DNA of 64,000 nt from an uncultured Ferrovum sp. (lineage in GTDB: Bacteria > Pseudomonadota > Gammaproteobacteria > Burkholderiales > Ferrovaceae). The notes below the pieces were generated by a model, which was not told the origin of the DNA, ran no database searches, and saw only the letters and a program-made list of their open reading frames with translations. A program made the translations under genes and the position numbers. Location: NCBI GenBank assembly GCA_903905585.1, contig CAIVHB010000051.1, forward strand, positions 8,856 to 72,855, read 5' to 3'. Shown here piece by piece: positions 44,240-52,265 of this stretch (positions within the stretch are counted from its first letter, which is position 1; each line of letters opens with the position of its first letter).

Positions 44240-46474
44240 ATGTCATCATCCAGTGGGATCAGCGGTTTATTGAGCACATTAAACACGGGTGCTACTGGAA
44301 ATAGCGTGACTGGAAGCACAAGCGCTTCGGGGTCAACGGGAAATTCCAGCAATTCAAGTTCCACCAGTACGAATATTGGAAATATTGGTAACCTTTTCAC
44401 ATCTTCAAATCAAGGCACCTTAGCTTCCGCAGGAATTGGCTCTGGATTGGATGTGAATCAGTTGGTGAGCCAATTGATGTCAGTGGCACAAGCTCCTGTT
44501 ACGCAACTCAACTCCCAAATCAATACAGATCAAAGTAAGATCAGTGCTTATGGTCAGCTTAGTGCAGCGGTTTCTAGCTTTCAGACCACGTTAGGGGGTT
44601 TAACCGACTCCACACAATATAATTCTTATACTGCAACCCCCTCAAATACCACTGTGATGTCGGCCACCGCGAGCACAAAGGCGACGGCTGGCACCTACAC
44701 GATAGGGGTAACGCAATTGGCGCAAGCGCAAACCTTGGTGGCTACAGGCCAATCCAGTGAAACAAGTTCGATTGGTTCAGGCACCTCTACAACACTTTCG
44801 TTCCAATTTGGAACGGTGAGTACCTCTGGCAGCACGACCAGTTTTACCCAAGACTCGTCTGTTAGCGGTGGCTCCGTCACGATCACTTCAAGCAATAACA
44901 CTCTTCAAGGAATTGCCTCCGCAATTAATGCAGCAAGTATTGGGGTAAGCGCTACCATCGTGAATGATGGCGGAACCTCGCCGTGGCGTCTTGCCTTGAC
45001 TAGTGCTAAGGCGGGTGCAAACAGCAATATGAAAATTACCGTCAGTGGTGACGCTACCCTTGAATCATTGCTGGCCCAAGATCCAGCCGGAACTCAAAAC
45101 ATGACCCAGACCCAAGCAGCGCAGAGCGCGGCTTTAACCGTGAATGGTTTGTCTATTTCGAGTTCTACAAACACCATTACAAGCGCAATCCCGGGGGTCA
45201 CGCTGAATCTTGCCTCAACCACTACTTCATCGACTACTTCCGGTAGTTCAACTACCACGAATAACACCCCCATATCACTTGTGGTTGCTCAAGACACAAC
45301 GAATATTGCTACGCAGGTGCAATCGTTTGTGACGGCCTACAACGCAATGGATACTACGGTTTCTCAACTGACTGCTGCGGGATCAAGTGGAGTTTCCGCC
45401 GGCTTGCTCGCTGGGCAGTTCAGTGCCCAAAAAGTTCAAAGCCAAATGCGTAGCATGTTGGGTGGCTCGATGATTGGCCCTGGCGGAACCGCGGTATCTC
45501 TGAGTGATATTGGTATCACTTTTCAAAAAGACGGAACCTTAAGTTTAAATTCCACCACTTTGAATAATGTGATTGCGAGCAATCCAGCAAAAGTGGGTGC
45601 AGTGTTCGCACAAAACAGTGCCCCGAGCGATAACTTAATCAGCGTGGCATCCGTTGGAAGTGAGTCTTCTGCAGGAAAGTACTCAGTCAATGTGAGCCAA
45701 CTCGCGACCCAAGGTGTTCTTACCGCTGGAACAGATGTGACCGTTCCCTACACGGTCACCTCAGGAAGCAACGATACTTTGAGCGTCTCAATCGACGGCG
45801 TTGCAGCTACCGTAACGATCCCTTCGGGAACCTACAGCACAGCAAGTAGCTTAGCGTCTGCTTATCAGTCTGCGATTAATGGTTCCTCAACACTGCTTGC
45901 TGCAGGTAAATCTGTCTCAGTTGCTGCGGATTCTGATGGTTTAATGAGTTTTACCAGTTCAAGTTATGGCAGCAGCTCGTTTGTGAGCTTGGGCGGAACG
46001 GCCTCTTCTGGGGTACTGGGAACGAACTCGGTTTTTACTGAGGGAACGGATGTCGCAGGCACGATCAATGGATTTACGGCAACCGGAAAAGGTCAGAATT
46101 TGACTGCCACTGCAGGTTCTGCAGCATCAGGTCTGATATTAAAAGTTGAAGGCACATCAACAGGTTCGCGAGGCACGGTGAGTATTTCGCAGGGTTTTGC
46201 TAACACGCTCAATACCTTGGCTAATTCATTTGTGAGTGCTACTGGCCTCATTACGGGGGCTACGAATACCCTGAACAAAGACATTACCAATAATAATGCT
46301 GCTATTTCTCGTTTGAATTCTCAGCTTTCGCTGCTTCAAAGTACGTATCAAGCACAGTTTACCGCGCTGGATACGATCATCTCTTCCTTGAATAATACGC
46401 AGAGCTATCTGACGCAGCAGTTGACTTCCTTGTCGAACACAACGGGATATATCTACGGAAGCAGCAGTGGCTAG
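44240..46474 (+). CDS. fliD: Filament cap protein FliD (HAP2), enlarged (744 aa)
   Basis: The FliD N-motif (GIGSGLDVNQLVSQLM..AQAPV..L) occurs after a ~58-aa Ser/Gly/Thr/Asn leader. The C-terminal coiled coil is present (YQAQFTALDTIISSLNNTQSYLTQQL). Confidence 0.93.
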   Translation: MSSSSGISGLLSTLNTGATGNSVTGSTSASGSTGNSSNSSSTSTNIGNIGNLFTSSNQGTLASAGIGSGLDVNQLVSQLMSVAQAPVTQLNSQINTDQSKISAYGQLSAAVSSFQTTLGGLTDSTQYNSYTATPSNTTVMSATASTKATAGTYTIGVTQLAQAQTLVATGQSSETSSIGSGTSTTLSFQFGTVSTSGSTTSFTQDSSVSGGSVTITSSNNTLQGIASAINAASIGVSATIVNDGGTSPWRLALTSAKAGANSNMKITVSGDATLESLLAQDPAGTQNMTQTQAAQSAALTVNGLSISSSTNTITSAIPGVTLNLASTTTSSTTSGSSTTTNNTPISLVVAQDTTNIATQVQSFVTAYNAMDTTVSQLTAAGSSGVSAGLLAGQFSAQKVQSQMRSMLGGSMIGPGGTAVSLSDIGITFQKDGTLSLNSTTLNNVIASNPAKVGAVFAQNSAPSDNLISVASVGSESSAGKYSVNVSQLATQGVLTAGTDVTVPYTVTSGSNDTLSVSIDGVAATVTIPSGTYSTASSLASAYQSAINGSSTLLAAGKSVSVAADSDGLMSFTSSSYGSSSFVSLGGTASSGVLGTNSVFTEGTDVAGTINGFTATGKGQNLTATAGSAASGLILKVEGTSTGSRGTVSISQGFANTLNTLANSFVSATGLITGATNTLNKDITNNNAAISRLNSQLSLLQSTYQAQFTALDTIISSLNNTQSYLTQQLTSLSNTTGYIYGSSSG

Positions 46475-46510
46475 AAGTGTGGTGCGTTAGCGCATTCTCA
46501 TTCGCCTGAT

Positions 46511-47143
46511 TTATTGCCCTAGGCTATTCTCAAGAACGTAACGCGTGAGTTCAACATTATTCTTAAGCTGCATTTTTTCTAGAATGCGTGATCTGTAAAC
46601 ATTAAAGGTCTTGATGCTGATGTTCATGGTTTGAGCAATTTCTCCCGGCGGGGTACCCGCTGCAATGTGCAGTAATGCTTGATATTCGCGATCCGATAAC
46701 GATTTATGCGGCAACTCTTCTTGGTCATCATTCACACTATCTGCCAATAACTCGGCAAGATCAGGTGTGACATACCTTCTTCCTCTTGCTACAACATTTA
46801 AAGCCGTCATCAATTCTGCGGGCGCACTCTGCTTGTTGAGATAGCCTGATGCACCCGCTTTGATCGCTCTGACCGCATATTGTTCTTCGCTAAACATGCT
46901 GAGCATCAGTACTTTGAGCTTAGGAAATTCTCTGCGTAATTGCTTCAGCACATCAATCCCATGCCGATCACCCAGTGAGATATCAAGCAAAACAATATCG
47001 GGTTCGGTCTCTCTGGTTTTTTGGATGGCTTCGCTCCCACTTGAGGCTTCTGCCGCCACCATCATTTCTTCATTGCCCGCAACAATTTGCCTCAGGCCTT
47101 GGCGCACGATCGCGTGATCATCTGCAATCAGAATTTTTAACAT
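46511..47143 (-). CDS. NarL/LuxR-family response regulator (REC plus HTH)
   Basis: REC domain (ILIADDHAIVRQGL...VLLDISLGDRHG...LSMF) plus a LuxR HTH (LSDREYQALLHIAAGTPPGEIAQTMNISIKTFNVYRSRILEKM). Confidence 0.92.
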   Translation of the reverse strand: MLKILIADDHAIVRQGLRQIVAGNEEMMVAAEASSGSEAIQKTRETEPDIVLLDISLGDRHGIDVLKQLRREFPKLKVLMLSMFSEEQYAVRAIKAGASGYLNKQSAPAELMTALNVVARGRRYVTPDLAELLADSVNDDQEELPHKSLSDREYQALLHIAAGTPPGEIAQTMNISIKTFNVYRSRILEKMQLKNNVELTRYVLENSLGQ

Positions 47144-48213
47144 GGTGATGAAGAACCAGAGCTAGGAACAGTAAGAACAATCCGCGTACCTTCATCGGCA
47201 ACGCTATGAATTTCTAGGCTTCCATTCAGCACAGCAGCCCGCTCGAACATGCCACGTAATCCGAAGGCATCTGCTCTTTTGGGGGTGCCATGTTTAAATC
47301 CCTTTCCGTCATCAATGACTTCTAGTCGCAAAGATTGATCTTGTTGCTCGGTGAGGCGAACGGTTGCGGTGCGTGCTTCGGCATGTTTAAACACATTGTT
47401 TAAGGCTTCTTGGCATACTCTAAACATGGCGATTTTTTTGGGTTCAGCAATATCCATATCCTGATCAGGTGCATCAAATGCAACTACGATACCTGTGCGT
47501 AAACTAAAGTCCTCTAAGAACCACTCTAAAGCAGGAATTAACCCCAAATCGAGTGTTGGGGGCCTGAGATTAGACGCCAATCTTCGCGTTGAGTCGATGG
47601 TTCTGTCTACCAATTGCTCCAGCATGTCGAGATCCATCGAGATGACTTCCCGTTGCTCAGCGGATAACCGAGCGCTCATAAAGGATAACTGCATTTTGAT
47701 ACCAGTCAGATTGCCGCCTACATCGTCATGCAGTTCACGCGCTAAGCGCAGTCGCTCATCTTCACGCGCCTGCTCTTGGTGCGCCGCAAGTAAAGCCATT
47801 TGATCTCTGGCCGACAGCCCAGACTGTGGGGGATCTTTTCGTCTTTGATTGGGTAATCCATACCGCATCATGCCGTCCCAGGCAACGCGGCCATCAGACC
47901 GTTTGCGGGGAGTTGCACGAAGTGAAATGGCGCGCGAATCCACTCCGCCAGGTAGGCGGATTTGACCTTCCCAAACCCACTGTGACAGGGTGATACGCGA
48001 TGCTTCCATCGAAGCAAAAAGGCCATCCCGCTCTTCTTCGGTGACGAGATCAATGAAGCGTTGAGCCTGCGCGCACAAGGCTCGCGGAGACACACCTAGA
48101 ACCCGTTGGGCGCCATCACTGACGTAACTGAAATGACCAAAACCCTTATTGTCGCTGATGAATTTGAAAAGAATTTCAGGCGGTGATGCCGGAGTCAATG
48201 CAATCGTTTCCAT
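47137..48213 (-). CDS. Cytoplasmic PAS/HisKA_3 sensor histidine kinase (NarX/DegS type)
   Basis: H-box (LARELHDDVGGNLTG), HATPase_c (NNVFKHAEA...DDGKGF...GLRGMFERA), and an N-terminal PAS-like domain. No TM helix is evident. ATG 48213 is preferred; the tracked ORF extends to 48360. Confidence 0.88.
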   Translation of the reverse strand: METIALTPASPPEILFKFISDNKGFGHFSYVSDGAQRVLGVSPRALCAQAQRFIDLVTEEERDGLFASMEASRITLSQWVWEGQIRLPGGVDSRAISLRATPRKRSDGRVAWDGMMRYGLPNQRRKDPPQSGLSARDQMALLAAHQEQAREDERLRLARELHDDVGGNLTGIKMQLSFMSARLSAEQREVISMDLDMLEQLVDRTIDSTRRLASNLRPPTLDLGLIPALEWFLEDFSLRTGIVVAFDAPDQDMDIAEPKKIAMFRVCQEALNNVFKHAEARTATVRLTEQQDQSLRLEVIDDGKGFKHGTPKRADAFGLRGMFERAAVLNGSLEIHSVADEGTRIVLTVPSSGSSSPC

Positions 48214-48398
48214 CTCTTCAAGATAGCATTTTTTGAAAAAAACTGTAGAACTGCTTGTCGGATAATATCTCAATATGACCTGACTAAAATGACAGGTTTT
48301 GGTGATGCGCGCATTTTGAAGTTTGGCCACTTTGAGTTGGGGGGCTTGAGTTGACCCCACTTCTTGTCAGTGATGGCTCAAATTCTAAAATGGAGAAC

Positions 48399-48809
48399 CT
48401 AGTCTAAAAATACCGCACGCACCAATCGCCATTCTTGTTTGGCGTTCATGATGGTTGCGCATCCCAGACCTTCCGGCTCAGCTCCCGGTGGCAAATCAGT
48501 TCTTGAGCGGTCGCCTGTAGGCACATTTCGATAATAACGATCAAGCCAGACACGGATTGTGCGCTTAGGGTGAATACTATGAACAATGACATGTTGCGAT
48601 TCACGAGATTGGCAGTTGGCCTCGTCTTCCAGAATAAACTCTATAAAAGAGGCTGCATCATCGGCTTGGGTGGTGCTGGCAGCATCTGAAGCATTTATCA
48701 TTGCGGGCTGATCTGTTGCGGATGCAAGGGTAGATACCCACAAAGGGAAGAGAGTGGTGGCGCCAAGGGATAACATTATTCCGAATCGACGGATCATAGA
48801 ACAATTCAT
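48399..48809 (-). CDS. Hypothetical small secreted protein
   Basis: A 136-aa ORF with an N-terminal signal-peptide-like segment (MLSLGATTLFPLWVSTLASA) and two Cys. I recognise no family. Confidence 0.5.
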   Translation of the reverse strand: MNCSMIRRFGIMLSLGATTLFPLWVSTLASATDQPAMINASDAASTTQADDAASFIEFILEDEANCQSRESQHVIVHSIHPKRTIRVWLDRYYRNVPTGDRSRTDLPPGAEPEGLGCATIMNAKQEWRLVRAVFLD

Positions 48810-48911
48810 TACAGAGTCTCGTTAAATAGCAGATTCTCTTATTTTAGATGGAAGAACCCTACTAAAGGGTTAAAGTGCTGCTTTTAACGTATTTGTTGAG
48901 AGGTCTTAGGT

Positions 48912-49754
48912 ATGTCGAATCCTCTTGAGCAACTTCCGCGACTTTCAAAACTGATGGCAGAACGTGGCTTGTGTTCCCGCCGTGAAGCAGATGTATGGAT
49001 TGAACGCGGTTGGGTCAGAGTAGAGGGTGATGTGGTTCGCACTTTAGGGACACGTGTAGAGCCTGGCTGTTTGATCACGATCTCTTCAGAGGCGCGTCAA
49101 TCACAAGCCAAGCTTGCAACAGTGATTATGCATAAGCCCATTGGTTATGTTTCAGGCCAAGCTGAAGATGGGCATTTACCCGCGAGTGTTCTGTTTATAG
49201 CTGACAATCATTGGGAGCACGACCCTGCGGATAAAGCGTTTTCTCCCCGCGAACATTTGGGTTTAGCACCTGCTGGGCGTTTGGATATTGACTCAACGGG
49301 GCTTCTGATTTTTACGCAAGATGGGCGGATTGCGCGTGCATTGATTGGCGAAGACTCTCAGGTTGAAAAAGAATATTTGGTTCGCGTTGAAGGGGAATTG
49401 GATGAAGATGGCTTACAACGCTTGCGTCATGGCCTAAGCTTAGATGGTAAGGCATTGAAGCCCGCCATCGTGCGTTGGCAGAATGATGATCAATTGAGCT
49501 TTGTATTACGAGAAGGGCGAAAACGGCAGATTCGTCGTATGTGTGAAATGGTAGGTTTACAGGTAGTCGGGTTAAAACGAGTACGTATAGGGCCCGTTTT
49601 GTTGGGTGCTTTACCTTTGGGTCAATGGCGCTATTTGAGTGAGCAAGAAACTTTTGCGCCCCCCAAGCCTTCTTCTAAAAACAAAACGGTACAGGCTGAA
49701 CAATCACACCCACAGCGAGGCAAAATTGCGATTCAACGACCAGGTAGTCGATAA
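48912..49754 (+). CDS. RsuA/RluF-family pseudouridine synthase (S4 domain plus catalytic domain)
   Basis: S4 motif (GLCSRREADVWIERGWVRVEG), catalytic Asp motif (GRLDIDSTGLLIFTQDG), EKEYLVRVEG, and RKRQIRRMCE. Confidence 0.88.
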   Translation: MSNPLEQLPRLSKLMAERGLCSRREADVWIERGWVRVEGDVVRTLGTRVEPGCLITISSEARQSQAKLATVIMHKPIGYVSGQAEDGHLPASVLFIADNHWEHDPADKAFSPREHLGLAPAGRLDIDSTGLLIFTQDGRIARALIGEDSQVEKEYLVRVEGELDEDGLQRLRHGLSLDGKALKPAIVRWQNDDQLSFVLREGRKRQIRRMCEMVGLQVVGLKRVRIGPVLLGALPLGQWRYLSEQETFAPPKPSSKNKTVQAEQSHPQRGKIAIQRPGSR

Positions 49755-50485
49755 CACAGTATTTGATCGCTTGGGCTGTTTCCATACCGAATCACTTGAT
49801 CTGCTTTGACGTTTGGAATCGCAAAAGCATTCACGATAAGCAGCGAGCCAGAAGGCATCTCGTTCCTGGCTTTAATCCACAGTGACTCCATGGCTTCAGG
49901 GGATAAAAAGGCATAGACAACTTGATAGTTTTGGAGTGAGGTTTTCCACAAATCCCCCCATTGGATTGCACCAGCGTGATGCAGTTTGCAGCGCATATTG
50001 CCGAGCAAGCAGGTGAGTGGCGCGCGTTCAATTCCTTCGAAGATGAGTTTTGGTCGAAGAGGGGCAATGTTCAATATAAAGCTGCCTATTCCCGCGCCCA
50101 CATCCAGACATTTTCCTTCACAGTTTTCGGGGATGCAGGACAGGATGCCCTCGAAAGCTTTCTGTTGAGTGAGATACAGTGGAGCGCGTCGGCCTGTAAT
50201 CCCTCCTCCAAAAAGCAGGCTCGCCATCAATAAGGCAATCAGCCAAAGAAAATGAGGGATTGACTCAAAATGTAGGCCTACCCATACCAGCAAGCAAAAC
50301 CCACCCTGCATGGGGGTTCGCCAGAAGGGTTCTTTGAAAAGCATGCTCAATAGCATTGCGAATACCGCAGCAAGAAAGGCTTCAATAAAAGTAGCATGAA
50401 GTTCTTGGTCTGCACTTTCAAGAATCATCATCGCAAGTAGCCATGCCAAGCCCTGTGCCAGTAATGCATAGCCCCACCGCCTCAT
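49733..50485 (-). CDS. Membrane-anchored class I SAM-dependent methyltransferase
   Basis: Three N-terminal hydrophobic helices are followed by SAM-binding motif I (CLDVGAGIGSF). The 3' end overlaps the convergent pseudouridine synthase gene by 22 nt. Confidence 0.7.
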   Translation of the reverse strand: MRRWGYALLAQGLAWLLAMMILESADQELHATFIEAFLAAVFAMLLSMLFKEPFWRTPMQGGFCLLVWVGLHFESIPHFLWLIALLMASLLFGGGITGRRAPLYLTQQKAFEGILSCIPENCEGKCLDVGAGIGSFILNIAPLRPKLIFEGIERAPLTCLLGNMRCKLHHAGAIQWGDLWKTSLQNYQVVYAFLSPEAMESLWIKARNEMPSGSLLIVNAFAIPNVKADQVIRYGNSPSDQILCYRLPGR

Positions 50486-52104
50486 CGTGAAAAATGCGCA
50501 GATGTGGTTGGCGCTGGGCGGATATCAAACGCAATGCAAATTCGATCTTGATCCGAATTGAAGGGTAAGGTTCGATGAAACAGTGAAGAAGGGAAAAGAA
50601 CAATATCTCCAACCTGTGGGCGAATGACTTTGACTGAAAAGCTTGCTGACTCTATGGGGTAGTCATCTCCATCCATGCTGAACTCGATACTGCCGTCTAA
50701 TCGCCCCTCAGGTACGTCAGGCATCGCTAAGTAAACGCTACCGCTGATCCAACCTTCTTCGTGTATGTGAGAGGTCAGATGGCCGCCCTTACGCATTTTA
50801 ATAAACCACGCGCTGGTAAACTGAGGATCTTCTGGGAATTGTTGGATGAGCGTGCAATCAGCCTGCGCAAAAGCCTCTTTATATTGATGCACCTGCTGCA
50901 AAATGCAAGCTGCTAATTGTTGAAACGAGGACTCCTCTCTTCTAAATAAATTTCCTGCTGATTGAACACCTTCATACAAACGACCTTGTTTACGCTCAGA
51001 GATATCCGTTTTGAGGATGACATTGAGGAGTTGCTCATTTAATCCTGCAACGGATGGATCAAGCTCCGGAATATGACCGTGGTAGACGAAATCCATGGGG
51101 TTTGGACAAAACGTATAGGGGTCTGGGGTACCAAAATTTGCAGCGTAGTGGGCGGTGAGCGTGGCAACAAAAGGATCACTATGAGGATGATCTAGGCTTT
51201 GGGATAGGCGGGTATTAAAGGCTGCATACTGTTTGGATTTATATAAGCAATATAGGCAGCGCGCTTTCCAATCGTGAATTTTTGAGGATTCAAAATGCGA
51301 AAAGGCACGGTCATATCCCTTTGCTTCCTGAAAAATGACACCCAGGTGATAGTGCGCATCGGCAAAATCCTTGTTGAGGGAAAGTGCATGATGATGGGCC
51401 TGCAATGCGGCATCTACTTTGCCTTGCGCCCACAATGCGCTGCCTAATTTGTCATGCGCCTCCGCGGAATGCGGGGCCAATTGAAGTGCAGATTGATATT
51501 GTTCAACTGCTGCAGATAATTTTCCTTGATTGTGCAACGCACTTCCTAAACTTAAATGAAGCTGCGCTTTAGGTTCAATGGATATCGCCTTTTCATAAGA
51601 AAGAATGGCATCAGAAAGCATCCCCGAGCGTTGTTGCGCTACGCCTAAATTTCCCCACGCTTCGGTATACCCGGGTTGTAAACGAATGGCATGGTTAAAG
51701 CACTGCATGGCCTCAGCCAGATCATCACACGCTAAATGCGCAACGCCCATATTGAAATACGCAACGGTAAATTCTGGTTTCAGCTTGATGGACTTTTCGT
51801 AAGCACGGATCGCATCTTGGTGTCTGCCTAGTCCTGTGAATGCTAATGCCAAGTTGAAATGGTGCTCTGCAATTTGAGGTTCAAGCTGGGCTGCATTCTC
51901 AAAAAAAGGCAGCGCTTCTTGGTCTTTGTTTTGAAGGGCAAGCGCAGACGCAAGAATACTTTGCACCACAGCAATTTTGGAATTCAATTTCAGAATATCT
52001 TTGGCGAGCGCAATCGCAGCATCGAGTTGCTTGTGATTAAACAACTGCAAAAGATGCTGGATCTGTTGCGGTGCGTGCTGAGTTGTACGTTGGGATCTCA
52101 CCAT
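50482..52104 (-). CDS. TPR-repeat protein fused to a putative 2OG-Fe(II) oxygenase-like C-terminal domain
   Basis: There are ~7 TPR units (repeated A..Y.KAI.L.P....A..NLG). The C-terminus (WFIKMRKGGHLTSHIHEEGWISGSVYL...GDIVLFPSSLFHRTLPF...RICIAFD) resembles the 2OG-FeII_Oxy_5-type fold. It has a 4-nt overlap with the downstream methyltransferase. Confidence 0.7.
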   Translation of the reverse strand: MVRSQRTTQHAPQQIQHLLQLFNHKQLDAAIALAKDILKLNSKIAVVQSILASALALQNKDQEALPFFENAAQLEPQIAEHHFNLALAFTGLGRHQDAIRAYEKSIKLKPEFTVAYFNMGVAHLACDDLAEAMQCFNHAIRLQPGYTEAWGNLGVAQQRSGMLSDAILSYEKAISIEPKAQLHLSLGSALHNQGKLSAAVEQYQSALQLAPHSAEAHDKLGSALWAQGKVDAALQAHHHALSLNKDFADAHYHLGVIFQEAKGYDRAFSHFESSKIHDWKARCLYCLYKSKQYAAFNTRLSQSLDHPHSDPFVATLTAHYAANFGTPDPYTFCPNPMDFVYHGHIPELDPSVAGLNEQLLNVILKTDISERKQGRLYEGVQSAGNLFRREESSFQQLAACILQQVHQYKEAFAQADCTLIQQFPEDPQFTSAWFIKMRKGGHLTSHIHEEGWISGSVYLAMPDVPEGRLDGSIEFSMDGDDYPIESASFSVKVIRPQVGDIVLFPSSLFHRTLPFNSDQDRICIAFDIRPAPTTSAHFSR

Positions 52105-52265
52105 ATACGAAAAGATAACATGCCGAATTCTCCGTGAATTCCTCTTTCTGTAACAAAAACGTTATAGATTCTTGATGCATTCACCATGATTAGTGCAAGC
52201 ATTTTAAGCCTTCTTTAGCTTATCGCATCAGGCCTTCAAGTATTACAAAAACATTTAGGGATGTT

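Noticed and set aside
52105-52265. A possible sigma-28 promoter upstream of the MCP gene
   Set aside because: The candidates (for example TTAAGCCT-N11-TCGCATCA and an ACGTTAT -10-like element) match 4-5 of 8 positions at best and have no acceptable -35 partner.
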